A stretch of 64,000 nucleotides of DNA. It comes from Trypanosoma brucei (taxonomy: Eukaryota). The translations under genes and the position numbers were made by a program. Below are positions 1-12,929 of this stretch, piece by piece (position 1 is the first letter of the stretch; each line of letters starts with the position of its first letter). Where the stretch lies: positions 1,504,001 through 1,568,000 of the forward strand of contig CP000068.1 of the NCBI GenBank assembly GCA_000002445.1, given 5' to 3'. The notes below the pieces were generated by a model. That model searched no databases. It worked only from the letters and a program-made list of their open reading frames with translations, and had not been told where the DNA came from.

Positions 1-445
1 TTTTAGTGACTCCAGAAGGTTAAGAAACTCATCGATTCCGCCCTTAAGATACGCAGCAGCTCTAGCGGATCGGATTTGCGTGCCTAGCCCCATGGTCTTG
101 TAGGTCTCGAGTCCAGCGTTGCTTTTCCGCGCGAAAAATCCTCGCAGCAGCGTTAACTGCTGCAGAGCTTGCGTTTCTGGATTTTTGGCTAGGTAAATGC
201 TGACCTTATACTCTGCCGCTTTTATTTTCTGAATGTTACTGATCACTTCTTGTCCCTCGCTCAGCATCTCGCCGCTAACCTTAGAAAGCTCGGTTGTGAG
301 TTTGCACAAAGGTTTCCAGGCTGTCGCCTTCAGACCGGTGCGCTCTGCGGCCATTGTTGTAGTTGGAAGTGTTGCGACGATTATTAAGCCGGCTGTTGAC
401 AGCCACCGTGCCCACTTGGCGTTTTTTGGCCGTCGCGTCGCCATT
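1..445 (-). CDS. VSG, N-terminal part only (gene runs off the window at coordinate 1); ATG at 443-445 on minus strand
   Basis: Reverse-complement of 1-445 translates without stops to MATRRPKNAKWARWLSTAGLIIVATLPTTTMAAERTGLKATAWKPLCKLTTELSKVSGEML...AAAYLKGGIDEFLNLLESLK. This gives a signal peptide plus the classic A-type VSG N-terminus (AWKPLC). It is not in the ORF track because no stop lies in the window. Confidence 0.75.
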
Positions 446-2856
446 AGTTACTGTGCCCTAGTGTTCAGTGTGTTGCTGTGCACAAAATAAAATGTGCTAT
501 ATTATATGATGTTGTTTTTAGGTTATAATGCGCAGTGAGGACTGGAGTCAGTACGTTTCTGCAGTTTGTGATACAAAAGGCGCAAATGAAATAAGTTTTG
601 GTGCTAAATACGAAGGGGGATTGCCCCCTGCTACAGCTTTGTCGTAGTGCATGTAAAAACCATGGCTGTGCATCTTGCCAACACACTCTGGGGCGCCTTT
701 AACGATCTGGAAAAGGCATTTATGTAGACAAGTTCGAACTATACCTTATTCAAAAACATCTTTGCATGCTTTTCTGTGGAGTATCGTAAGACCAAAAGAG
801 TTATTTTAGCGACAGGTACAACTTTCAGCCTCTTTTTCTTATTTATTTGATTCTTTAAACTTGTCTGAATTGGCCGATATCATTTCTGAAATATCCTCTG
901 CTCCCATCGATACTTCCTGGAATCTACTAGTTTCTGGTTAATCTATCGCCAGTCTTGTAATATAGCACTAACACTCGAAGTACAACCACAGGCTGGATCA
1001 GAGTCAACTGCGCGCACAGTGAACGCTCACTATATACTGGCTTCCACTGTCCTATGCACACCATCCGTTACTAAATGTGATGTAGCTCTTACACACTTTT
1101 TCGTAAATGTGGCCCTCATTCCTAGAAGCTGCGGTACTTTTGCTCAAAAAAAGAAGTGTATGATACACCTCGGAGTATGTGCTTGCTTTTGACTTTAAAT
1201 GAAATGACACTCGGCTTTGGTATGATCTTGTCTCCCTCTTACAACGTTCTCTTTAATACTCTTCACGACTTCCAAAATGTTCACTCAAAGAAAAATACTT
1301 CCTTTCCCTTTCTATTCCTCTACTCCCTCTTTCTCTACATTTTTAAAGACTATCAACCTTCTACAGCCTCGCTTCAGAGCACTGTGGAAATATCTTCGCC
1401 GGTGATCATAACTTTCAGTGCTTGTTTCACAACTATTTTGGCGGGTTTCTTCATCTATCGCTGACTGAATTGCTGCTGTTTCCAAGTTAGCTCCTTTTCT
1501 GTTTTCCTTTCCACTTCACATTAATGTTCTGTTAGAGGAACCAAACACGCAGTTAGCTGGGCTTTATAGATAATTTTGTGTTTTTTAGAGGGTGAATGTA
1601 TATTTCCTAGGGCCTCTTATGTATTTACTGCCAGGCTTCTTTTTACATGGCGCGTTCTTTTAGCGTACAACCAATTGTTGATGGGTGATAACTAATTTTC
1701 TATTTTAAACCTCACGATACATCTAGTTATAAAAATCCAACACATCTTCATCCCTCATTTATCATATTTTTATGTATCCTGCGGCTTGCCATCTTCCTAT
1801 CGCTTTAAATTATTAAAAAACTTCCTATATCTTATATTTCGACATTTATGGCTGTTAATTGGTTTTATTTTCTACAGTTTCCGCCATGCTCAACACTGGT
1901 GGAGTAACAAGGTATCGGTGATCATTTTCACGGAAGCGATTCTTTTCCTTTGTAAGATTCAGATTGCGCTGCTATTTAGGTCGATAACGTTTAGAAGTGT
2001 GTAATTATAATCCAGAAAGTGCATTGACCACTGTTTTCCTTTTGTTAATTCGATTCTTTAGTTTTGCATCCACGGCATCTCTTACTTTTATTTCTCGCTC
2101 CCTAAAAGGAATTGTCGGCTGTTCAGTAAACAAATACGGTATTGAAGGAGTATCGCTTCTAATTGTCTCCACTTCATACAACTACTACAATGATCTATAT
2201 ATGCGCTACTTGGAGCAGTTTTCGCTTTTGGATTCTGCCTTTACTACCCACGGTAATCCATTAGTAGTCTTACTTTTAAAATCCCCCTCTACAAAATGTT
2301 ATATGGTTTTACACAAATTTTAGAGCTTGTTACTGCATTTGGTGAGAAAAAGACTTCGAAATTACCTCATACTTACTCAATTCCTTCTATATGCTTTTTT
2401 CAAAACTGAGCTTCAGAATTCAGCATCACGTTATAAATACACAGTCATCAACATCACATCTGGAGTATCATATGCTCAATTCTGTGTAAGATGCTGGGCA
2501 TCATATCCTCTTTTTGCTTTATTTACTTCTGTAACGTGTGCTTAGGCATCCATTTGTTTCATTCCTTATTTCTTCAACGTTCATTTCTTCATTTCTAGCT
2601 CTACAAATAAAGTAGCGACTTCATTTAGTTTGTACACTGGACTCTTTCTCTTTCTCTGTTGCATTTTCCGGTCCTTTGTCTCCTTGCCTGTGGCGCCACC
2701 GTCTGTAATATTTGTGTTTGAAACTTTTTATATTTTCTCTCCTTACTCTCTATCTCATTTTCTTACCCGCTATCCCACTTGTTCCAACTATAACCTTTCG
2801 ATTGTCTTAAAAGATCTATTTTTTCTACCGTCCATTCTGTTACAAAATTATTTTTA

Positions 2857-2925
2857 TAATATTCGTATATACACATTCACAACACTCTCCTATCACTATT
2901 ATTAATATCGTAATAACATCCTTAA
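2857..2925 (-). repeat. VSG-associated 70-bp repeat unit (reverse-complement orientation)
   Basis: aatattcgtatatacacattcacaacactctcctatcactattattaatatcg matches the 70-bp repeat core (CACTCACAACACTCTCCTATCATTATTA) plus TAA/TTA triplets. It lies about 2.4 kb 5' of the minus-strand VSG at 1-445. Confidence 0.8.
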
Positions 2926-3189
2926 GTAAATTCACTACTTTTAATTTTGATTGTAAACCTAAATTATTTATAATATTCATAAAATATACAGTGTAAAATT
3001 ATTCATAATAGCACTCATTTTTCATATCCTATTATCTTCCTACTTTACACCTATATGTCACTTTCACATCAAATTATTTTTAATAATTTTTTAACAATTT
3101 CACTTAATTGAACATTTTCATCAGAAAATATTAAAATATATCACAATTTATCGGTTTTATTAACTTCTTTCGAAATATAAAAAGTATTT

Positions 3190-4721
3190 AAAATACCAAA
3201 ATACTATCAAATCTACAAAAGTAGCAGCAATCAGGGCAAATTTCTTATTTAAGAGTAAATTGGAATATTTTCACTCTGTCCCCTAAAATTCGCAACCATA
3301 TTTGCACTATTCTTCCGTTTTGTCTTTGCATTTCTCTGTCTTTGCTGCACCTCCCTCTGTTTCTGCTGTGTTTTTCTTTTCTTCTTCCTCTTTAGGCTTG
3401 CATTTTCCTTCTGTTTCAGTTTTTTCTTCCCATTTGAAGTTAACTTTGGGGCATGTTGTATTTCTGTTGTAATGGTCGCAAGCTACGCTGTTGGGTGCGG
3501 ATTTATCTACTGCAGTTGTTGAATGGGTAGCGCCGCTTACACCTGTCCATTGGATTGCCTTTTCTGTTTTGATTTCATGTTTGGCTTCGTTTGCTAAATC
3601 GCCTAGTATTTTGTTGCTCCGATTCCCTGCCTCGAGTTGGGGCTGCCTCTCCTCCATGTGATCCGCTAGGTTAGAGAACGCCGACACCCATGTTATTTTG
3701 TCCAGACCCGCTGGCCTCGCAGCTTCGTAGCCGGTGATTTTTATGCAAACCCCGCCGTTTTTTTTTCCATCGCAGGCTCCTCCAATTTTCGCGCCTAGGT
3801 AGCCGATCCCGTTAGCGGTATGGAATAGGGCACTGAGTTCTTTTATCGCGTTCCTTATGTCTCTGAATATGTAGGGTTTTTTTTTCTTGGCTGAGGGCAG
3901 GTTTTTACTATCTTTACTAGGTCGTCGTCCGGAGCTTTGTTTGCGGCGGTTCTCCACCCGGTTGTTCCTTCAGCTTCCTTCGTGCAGGCGCCGTCGGTTA
4001 CCTCTGTCGAGTCGGGTTTCTCGCACAGGCATGTTAGCGTTGCTAGTACAGTTTTGGCTCTTTTATTGCTGTCCGCCGCTTCACAGACTGTTTCCCTTGC
4101 TGTGTTTTGCGTGTCTTCGCCGAATGCGGCGTTGGATGTCTCCGCTCGTCTTTCGCTCACGTCGGCCCCATAGACTGCCATTTTAAGCGTCTTGCTAGCC
4201 TCTGCTTGTGTGCGTTCCAGCGCCGCAGCTGAAAGCTGCGGAAACGTCGACTTGATTCGGCGCGCCTTGTTACCAATCTTGCTTATGAACGCATGAGCGG
4301 CCGCCTTTTGTTCCTGTGTCAGCGCTCCCACCTTCAGTTCTTTCACATCCTGTGGTCCGCCGTCTTCGAGTACATCAAGGGCGGCTTTCTGCCAATCTGA
4401 CCAGCAATTGTCGTATCCGAACTTGTCTTTTCCGGCCGCTTTGGCATCGGCGTGCACGCTTTTGGCCGTTTTGTCTTCGTACATCATGTTTTGCCATTTG
4501 TAAGTTGAAGTTGATAGATTGAGCGCCTGAATAAGTTCATAGTCGTTTGAGCTTAGCGAGCTTGGCTGTGGTAAGTCGAAGGGGCTCTCCGCTATCGTCA
4601 CAAACTTGCACAATACCGCATACTCGTGGCGATTATCACCGGTGTTTATTGCTGCTGTTGTCTTATTAACGACAATTCAGGCTGAGAAAAAGCTTAGTAG
4701 CACTAGTGTAGCCTTGGTCAT
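3190..4721 (-). pseudogene. VSG pseudogene (B-type N-domain); in-frame TGA inside the signal peptide (MTKATLVLLSFFSA*), plus a frameshift between ORFs 3855..4613 and 3307..3957
   Basis: ORFs 3855..4613 and 3307..3957 overlap in different frames. The Cys-rich C-terminal domain (...CKPKEEEEKKNTAETEGGAAKTEKCKDK) and a GPI-like tail (LLLNKKFALIAATFVDL) sit in shifted frames. A degenerate 16-mer lies at about 3130-3145. Confidence 0.8.
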
Positions 4722-5616
4722 AGCTTTTTCTGATCGTGTCTGGCTTTGGATGCAGCAAAAAATGCTTGTTTGTGAGTGTACAGTTTTAAGAAAGTGTTGT
4801 TGTCGTCTTCTTGTGACACAGATCTCGGCTCGCTATCGGTTCTTCACCTTGCACTTGTGTTAAAACGGTATTTGATTAAGGTAATGTTTATTTTATGATG
4901 TATCAGGCGTTTTCACGCTGAATATACTTGGTTCAAATTGGCTATACAGCCACCGCCGCTCATGTCCTTCTAGCTAGTTCTGTGACTTTTTTAATGGTTT
5001 AATGCTAATGTTCAGTCACTTCTACAAAGTAAACATATGTTTGCTGCTCACTTATTAAATGCTTTTCTATTCCCCAATAACCTACTAAAGTAAACATATG
5101 TTTAAACACTCTATGAATACCTTGTCCCTGGGAGCGTAACATAAAGGCAGCCGTCCGCTCCGTAATAAAAAACAGAGCTGTTTACATCTCTGGTGCTTAA
5201 CCTATCAATTTCTGTCTGAAATGCGAAGAACAATTTCCCACATAATTTTATTTGGTACTGTGTTGAAGCGAATAATGTTTTCGTTCGGTATTTTCGTTCC
5301 TCTTTTTCGTCTACTGTTTCTGCTTTTACGGACGACGCAGTAGCTCTATTATGCCTGTATACATTAGATTCTGTCGCACCATTGTTGTTCTCTTCATCAT
5401 CTACTTTCGAATAATGATTCCCTTCGTTATATTACTTATGAGAATACGGATATACAATCTTTCTCTCTTTCTCTTTCTCTTTTTTAACAACATTCTTTTA
5501 CTCTATTCATTTATTTTAATTAATGTCTCACTTTTCTACTCATATCGCACAACAAAAATTGTTTTAAGTGCTTCTTTTTTACTTTTCAATTTATTCTTAG
5601 GAATGACTCTTAAAAT

Positions 5617-5690
5617 AATATATTCATACATACACACTTACAACACTCTTCTATCATTATTATAATTATATTTATTGTAGCCCTGGCTAA
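5617..5690 (-). repeat. 70-bp repeat unit (degenerate) with flanking TAA-rich tract
   Basis: tattcatacatacacacttacaacactcttctatcattattataattata, about 0.9 kb 5' of the VSG pseudogene at 3190..4721. Confidence 0.7.
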
Positions 5691-5894
5691 TATTTGTATA
5701 ATAAAAAAGAGGTAACCAAAATATCAAAAATTGTTATATCGCTCATTTTTCATACCATATCTCTAATCTTACTAATATACACCAACATGATACTATTACG
5801 AACATTTTATAAATTTCCAAATTTTAAAATTATTAAATTTTTTTTAAAAATATTAAAATGTATTAATTTTTTCCAGTAATTCTTAAAAGTGTTA

Positions 5895-7386
5895 TGCTAT
5901 AATAAAAAATGCAAGCAAAAAAGTGGCATTATTAATTTTAAAAATTGCTTGCTGTGGTGTTTGTTTTTCTATCTTTATCTTCTTGTTTTGCTTTTTCTAG
6001 TTTCTTTTACCTCCTTTTTCAACTCGCACTCTTTTCTTGTTCGTTAAAAGTGCATCCCTTGGCTTCTAGAGCTTTACATTTATCTTCGCTGTTCCCTGCT
6101 TCATTGCATTCTTTTTCCTTGTCTTGCACGCTTGTAACTTTGCGCTGAGAATTTTCCATTGCCTTTTGTAATTCCTTTTCCTTTGCGGCTAGTGCCAGAA
6201 CTCTTTGTCCTTGATAGTACGTCAACATCTTTCGTAAGTGATTAATGTCCTTTATCTGGCTTAGTTTTTCGTTCTGACTGAGGCTGGGTTTGTATGTGTT
6301 TCTATCAATTGTAACAGTGTTCATGTTCTCCCGCACTTTATATGAATCCAGATGTTTGCCTGCTGCATACAGTTCTTCTGCTTTCTGGTTGACTTTGGTA
6401 TCATCAGCTGGCATGTATTTGGAGGTGTCTTTTAGTACATAAGTTTTTGTCGCTTGTTTGGCCGCCTCGCTCGCCAGTATTGTCTCTTTTGTCGGTTTGG
6501 CCCTTTCCGTCGTTTGCATCAAAGCATTGGCTTCCGCTGCCGCCACTGCATTTCGCGCTTTGATCCAGGGATCGATGTTGACGTCAGCCTGGTTTGCAGC
6601 ATAGGTAGGTATCGCTCGCCCGCCGAGGTTGGCGCCACCAGCGGGTAGGTAGAAATAGCCTCCAGCATCGGGTTTGTCGGCTGCTGTGCTGCCAGTGTCT
6701 AGGATGCCGTTGCCTGTGTGTCCCTTCGTTAGCGCGCACGAAACGCTGCCACCGGCTTTTGTTAGTCCGGTTGCTTCTGCTGTTGTCTTTGTAGTCCCAA
6801 AGAGTTTGTCTTTCTTGTAATTGAAGCCGGTATCCGGCGGTGTTGTTTCGCTTGCCAAGTCTAATCCGCATTGCCCAATGGTTGCAGCTCCTTGCTGTGC
6901 TGCAGTCGCTGCGTTGTGTAGACAGCCGTCAGTTCCGGTCGCCGCGTAAGAGGATGCCGCAACTTTTAAAAACTATGCGACATATCCGCTTAAGAATGCC
7001 ACCCGAGTTGCTGCCGAAACTGCTGATTTGACTGCGGTCTCTATCTCATCGCCGGCCAGATCTGGTTGTTCGCTGACGGCCACCAGTATGGGATAAACCT
7101 TTGCTGCATCGTGTGGTTGTGACCTTTCTATTAAGATTCTAAGCTGGTATTCTTGAACTTGGTTTTTGGCCGCTGTTGCTGCCCCGGTTGCTAGTTTGCC
7201 TTCAAAGTGCTTGGGGTAGCCGGCCTGGTTCTTTCCGATCTTACAAAGTGGTGTCCAGGCCGCGTTGTCTATTGCATTCCCAGCGTCTGCATCGCTGTAT
7301 AGCACAATTAGATGCATAGCTGCTATTTGAATTATAGTTTTGGTTATAGTTGGAATGCTGTGCTGACGGTGCTGGTTGCCTATCAT
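5895..7386 (-). pseudogene. VSG pseudogene (A-type N-domain, signal peptide plus AAWTPLC); several frameshifts
   Basis: ORF 6973..7386 encodes the signal peptide and N-terminus (…MHLIVLYSDADAGNAIDNAAWTPLCKIG). ORF 6019..6858 encodes the mid and C-terminal domain (…CNEAGNSEDKCKALEAKGCTFNEQEK). The frame breaks between 6858 and 6973. The C-terminal tail (LEKAKQEDKDRKTNTTASNF* then KINNATFLLAFFIIA*) is split across two frames. Confidence 0.85.
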
Positions 7387-8187
7387 TTGAAATGAAAGCA
7401 GGATGCAGTTTGGGTTTTGATTTTTTTTGAGGAAAAAAGAGCCAGCTGAATTTATGGGGCGCTTTTAGGCTTCACTTTTTCCTGCTGTTATGTCTTCAAA
7501 GCCTAGTTATACTGCAGTTTTATTAAATCACCAACAGACCTCTCTGTTTTTTCCTGCTTCTTATACAGATTATCTTTGGTGTAACTCTTACGCTTTCTTT
7601 TTTTTTAAGTTCTCACTACAACATCCAACCTTTTAAAACATTCCAGTCCATCTTTACTCTATTTACATAAAAAAACCTTTTTACCCAGCCTATTTCACCA
7701 TGGAAAAACTCCACGTTCATTTTACGAACGGTTGCAGTTGCAAGTCAGACTTTAACATAATTTTCCGCCATAAGATTAATAAACAAAGCCCAACCTACAA
7801 ACTCTTTAGCATCGTTTATTAATCTTTGTATGAAATATGGGGTATCATCTAAACCTTATCCTGATGTATTCTCTTCCTTTACGGCTTTTCCAGATGCTTC
7901 TGCGTATAACGTGGCGAAGCCATTTGGTTTTTACACTAGACTATTTCATTTCATGACTGCCCCTTCTATTATCTCCTTGTTTATGATAATGACCATCTTC
8001 ATATTTGAGGTAGAAGCTGTGTACATTTCACTTCTATCTCTTCCCTTTTATCTTTCAAAGTCTCTTTGCGTAATATTCCTCCTGTTCCACAACACACTCA
8101 TACCACCTTACTTACTCCACTGTGCTCTTATCGGCGTTTCGGTGCTTATATTTTCTTTTCCATCCATTTACTCTTCACAACCCTTAT

Positions 8188-8262
8188 TATAATATTTGTA
8201 TATGCACACTTACAACACTCTCCTATCATTAACGTTACAACAGTAATTAATATTAACAAACC
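8188..8262 (-). repeat. 70-bp repeat unit
   Basis: ttattataatatttgtatatgcacacttacaacactctcctatcattaacg. Confidence 0.8.
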
Positions 8263-8402
8263 AAATTATAAAATTTCATGATAGCACTAGCTGTTCATGC
8301 CTTACTACAATACTACTTTACACCCATAGGTCACTTTCAAACAAAAATTCGTATTTTCTAGTGTGCTAAGGTCTGCATATTTTTAAATGTTTTTATCATA
8401 AA

Positions 8403-8418
8403 GTGTTAAAATATATCA
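8403..8418 (-). promoter_or_regulatory. VSG 3'UTR conserved 16-mer (TGATATATTTTAACAC on the gene strand), perfect copy
   Basis: Plus strand reads gtgttaaaatatatca. The same perfect copy occurs at 13852..13867, 23436..23451, 44423..44438 and 58792..58807. One-mismatch copies occur at 21947..21962, 26819..26834, 37582..37597 and 50554..50569. Each lies 50-150 nt below a VSG stop codon. Confidence 0.85.
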
Positions 8419-8479
8419 AATGTTAAAAAGTTTCTCTAAAAAGAAAGTTTTCATAAGATTAACAAAACATTTTTAAAAT

Positions 8480-10030
8480 TCACAAATTACAACCAACTCA
8501 CAGAAGAAGCAGCATACTCAGAACCAAGTTCTTATTGACCAGAAAACTGAAAGATCGGCAGTCGGACTTGAGAAGTTTGCCTGTACCATCAACAAAATCA
8601 ATCCATCCGCATACTGCTTACTTAACCGGTTTTACACCCTTGTTTTTAGCTTCACAGGCTTGCTGGGTTTGGTGTTTACCGCAACCTACATCTGTACTTG
8701 TCTCCCCTGTTCCTGCTGCTGTATTTTCTGTTCCTGGTTTAGGTGTGCATCCCTTTTCTTTGTCATAGTCGCAGTGAGCTTCTGGGCATTCTTCTGCAGT
8801 TGTGTTTGTCGTTTTGCATTTAGTCTGTTCCTATACTGACTTTGCCTGGCTTGGGTCTTGGCCTTGATGTATGCTTATCGCCAGGGCTGAGGTCGATGCA
8901 TGTTTGATGCTAGCCTTTGCTTTTTGTACTGTTTCTTTAATTTGAGTTAGTATTCCTCCGCCGCTGTTTTCTCGTTTTCCATGTCTTCTAGCGTCACCGC
9001 CATATCTGTCAAGTCGTGAACCCACTTGACTTTTTTGTAGGACTTGTTCCGCGTTCGTGCTGAAATTTGGAAATTTCACGCAGACACCGCTGCCACTGCT
9101 GCCGTTGCAGTCACTGCTGACGAAGGTGCCGAGGTAACCGTCGCTTGATTCGACGTGAGTTAATTTTGTGACTGCTTCAACGCGGCTTGAAAGTTCATGG
9201 TGGGTTATTTTTGTTCATTTCACGTCGGAGCAGCTTCCTGCGATCGTTTTGAGTTTGCCGTCGGTGGGGTTAGTGTTCTGGCCGGCGGCCCCTGCTTCCC
9301 ATGCCGTCCCGCCGTTAGTCCCTTTGTTGCATAGCCATGCCAGCTTTTCCAGGGATGCGGCTGCTTTTGATTGTCCATCTCCCGCTGTACAGAGGGCTTC
9401 GCGGTTGCCTGTGCTTGCGCCGCCAAAAACAGCGTTGCGCGCCGGGTTAGGTGAGTGTTTTGTGGCTGAACTGTGGATCGCAGTGTTTAGCGTCTTCGCC
9501 AATTCCTGATTTTTTATGGTTTTAGTTGGCCTAGTGTCTGTTGAGTACAGTTTCCATAGGACTTGGATCTCTGACGCTGCATCACTTAGAGCTTTTCGAC
9601 CAATTATGAGCCGTTGCTCGCTTAGTTCCATCGCACCACTTGCTTTAACTTTCTCCTTCATTGGATCGGTTGTTACTGCTTGTATGGCTTTCTTCCAGTC
9701 GTTCCAAAAGCCCTCATAGCCTAGAATTGTTTTCTGTGCTTCTTTTGGGGAGTCTTAAGCTGCTTAACTGTCTGTTCCCTTGTAAAATATTGATTGCCAT
9801 GCAGGTGTTGACACTGAGAAATTCAAGGCTTGTATGAACTGGTAGTCGTCGTCTGTTAGTAGTAGTATCACTGGTATCTCGATCTCTGAGTCTGTTAGCG
9901 CGATAATGTTACAAATGGCCGCCTTCCCTGCTCGGTTCGCGCCTCCGACTATGTCTGCTGCTTGCTTCGATCTCAGACAGCAATTCATCAGCCCCATTCG
10001 GTTATTTTCGACTTTATTGCTTTCTATGGT
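8480..10030 (-). pseudogene. VSG pseudogene (B-type), heavily fragmented
   Basis: Minus ORFs 9764..9997 (…TDDDYQFIQALNFSVSTPAWQSIFYKG), 9215..9661 (mid domain) and 8831..9079 lie in different frames. A Cys-rich C-terminal domain is readable in 8590-8830 (…EECPEAHCDYDKEKGCTPKPGTENTAAGTGE…). The 16-mer is at 8403. Confidence 0.8.
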
Positions 10031-10129
10031 TATGAGATGAGAAGAAAAGTAAGCGTTGTCGCGGGTCGTTCTTTCTCTAGAAGGAAATAGTTTGGAGTGG
10101 TTAAAATATCGCGCTTACTGTGTGAAATA

Positions 10130-11240
10130 TCAACAGTTGTATTCGTACAGAAAGGTTTTTCGGGGCTGCGTAGTCGGCTTAGTGGTGAGTGGTGTTGGCG
10201 GTCTGTTGATAGTCATGTTCAACCACGCGCACTCCTCCTCTGTAACGTGGTGAAAAACAATAACGTTAGGATTTTTTTCTACAAATTTGTCGAGCGGCCT
10301 TTTTACATGCATCACATAATGACAATCTTGCATATCCACTGTCAACAAACCATCAATTTTCATTTTATGCCTTAATACCTCCCCCACCATAATATTCTCG
10401 TTCAATACGGCATATTCAATATATTTCTCAAAGTTTAGAAAACTCACTCTGCCGGATAAAAGTTTGGAAATTTCCGAGAAGCCAGCTATTTCTTTTACAA
10501 CATCCCTTGAAATTGTATTTGCATACCCAACAACATACCACGTCAGTTTTCCAATATACTCGCCAAATTTACCCAACGCTCTTCCCATATTCAATTTCTC
10601 TCTTGGAAAAACCTCCAGATATTTTATATGCAGCGCCACCCTCATAAAAATATTATCATCTGCCTTCATAATATAAGGATTAGTTGGATTAAATATTTTA
10701 ACTGCGAATTTGAACCACAGATATGTTTTTCTACTCATCGTGAGTTCTGCTTCCCATCCCCAATTGCCCGCATCTCCAACTTTTTAATTTGTTGTTAGAT
10801 TCACATCGCAAACAGGTAAAATAATAATATCCTTATTTAACTCTGCCTCTTCTTCAGCGATTACTCTGAGCTCGCAATTGTTATTTGTATGAGGTAAAAG
10901 GGTATATACTACAGACAACTTCCCAGTAAAATTATTTACCTTCCTTGCCACTTTATGGAGACTCCAACAAGCTTCTTTCTGCAAGTTTCTCCTTATAAAT
11001 CTTTCATCATTATCTATTGAGGGTATTCCAGCTATAACCAAATAATCTTCAGTTTTCCAAATCCCCCTTACATCCTTAGAAACAAATTTCATATACTCAT
11101 CCTCAACAATTTCTAGTGAAATAGATTCACCATCACTAGACAAGCTGTATAGTGATCCACACAAACTGATGCCCATAACAATAAAAGATAAATAACCTAC
11201 TGTTGCATAAATACATATTTTATACCTTATAACTTACCAT
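10130..11240 (-). pseudogene. beta-1,3-glycosyltransferase-like (GT31/GT67-type) pseudogene, copy 1; a single in-frame TAA at 10784-10786 plus an N-terminal frameshift
   Basis: ORFs 10784..11176 and 10130..10738 are in the same frame, separated only by TAA where copy 2 has AAA. The joined protein carries motifs resembling beta3GT family signatures: a hydrophobic stretch then DNDERFIRRNLQKEACW (compare ERRxxIRxTW), and YIMKADDNIFMRV (DxD motif, compare YVMKTDDDVF). Family assignment is from motif memory, not a database search. Confidence 0.45.
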
Positions 11241-12407
11241 TATCATACTAATGAAAACTTCGAACATCGTATGAAATCATAGAAGATATTAATATAATAT
11301 GTGAGCTTCATCATGACCTGAAATTGTTTGCGTCAACTTTCCAGTTTTAATTGTAATATATTTTGCTATTTGTCTACTTTTATTGCATATATCGTTTATG
11401 ATTGTTGTGTTATTCTAATGCAGCCCAGCTCCAGCTGCATGAATGCATCATAAGCAAAGATGTAACTCTAACTTTTCACCAGGAGTAATAACCTTGATTT
11501 CTTTTCACGTTATCATGCTTTATATTAGGCCGTTTTATCTTATTGCTCAAACTGTTTGACCCTCAAATAACTCTTTTGTTCTGTATTTTTTCGCTGCGCT
11601 TCGCAAGTATCGGGTCAGTGACCACTCTCTATATGAACTATTTGCTCCTTGAGAGGTCTTAGTGTGTGGAAAGTATACCAGTATGGAATTGGAGGAGTAT
11701 CGGCATTGATTCTATTCACTCCAGAGAGGTTTCACATCGGTTCATGTGCGTACTATTTCAAGTAGTTTCCGTGTTTTTCATCTTTTTTTTCCACAGTAAT
11801 ATATTAGTTGTCCTAGTTTTAAGATCTTTTTCTTGCATATTGTTTTATTTTTTCGCACAGATGTTGACCATATTTAATACATCTGATAAAAAAACGACTT
11901 CGACATCACTTCTCATTTAACCAATTTATTACTGCTTTTTTTCTTCAAAGATAAACAATAAGATTCTCCATAAGATTAAAAACCACAATAAGTTCCATTT
12001 TCGCAGTAGAAAGAATTAGAGTTTACTGCGAAATACGTGGAATTATCTCCTCTCGTATCATTTTCTTTTTTACCATGCGTTTTTATATCCAGTTGCTACA
12101 CTATATTTTCTTTGCTTCTTTTTCGTGTTATGTACCTGTTTCTGTGCCTGAAATGGTAATTCCATTTGGTTCGCACACTGTACTTTGTCTTTCCCTCATA
12201 TGCTCCTCCATCATCTCCTTCGCATACGTTGATGATTCCCATTGTTGTGTTTGTGTTAGAAACTTAGTATATTCCATATTTCTCTCTGTGTTACCTCTAG
12301 AGACGCATTTAACACTTTTATCTTACCTGTTTGCTACTATTAAGCTTTTTCCATTGTGACAATTGTCTCTATGTTGTCCCTCAATTGATTCTTTACCACT
12401 TGTCTCA

Positions 12408-12480
12408 TTATAATATTCGTATACACACTCACAACACTCTCCTATCATTATTATTATCATCATCATCAATATTTACTATT
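12408..12480 (-). repeat. 70-bp repeat unit
   Basis: tataatattcgtatacacactcacaacactctcctatcattattattatcatcatcatca. Confidence 0.85.
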
Positions 12481-12718
12481 ACTATATTATAATTTCCTAC
12501 AGCATCTGTAAAATCAACAAAATAGCAAAATATTTCAAAATATATTTAATTTGGACACCATATTACCAGCTCCTTTTCACTAATAGGCTACTTCCGTTAA
12601 AAAATTAAGAATTTCCAAAATCTTAAACATTTCGCAAAAGTTGAACAAAAACTGTCAAATTTCATAAATTTCACAAATTTTATGAATTTTACAAATATTC
12701 TTAGAATTCTCACAGTCC

Positions 12719-12928
12719 CTATAATTTTCTGAAATTCACAAAAGCAGAAACAATAAGAGCCAATTTCTTATTGACGAGGAAACTGAAATCTTTGCATTCT
12801 GTTCCTTCCCATTTGCAGTTTCCATTCTTTCTCCAATCAGCTGCTTTTTTAAATCCTTCGCATTCTTTGTTGGGGGATCGTGGCTGAAGCTGCATAAGCT
12901 TTGCCGGCTCTATAATGGTGCTCGCCAC
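12719..12928 (-). pseudogene. VSG C-terminal fragment (about 65 aa of C-terminal domain plus GPI signal) with its own 3'UTR; no N-terminal domain
   Basis: ORF 12719..12928 reads …SPNKECEGFKKAADWRKNGNCKWEGTECKDFSFLVNKKLALIVSAFVNF. The 5' end abuts the A-rich/telomere-like island at about 12930. Confidence 0.8.
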
Positions 12929-12929
12929 A

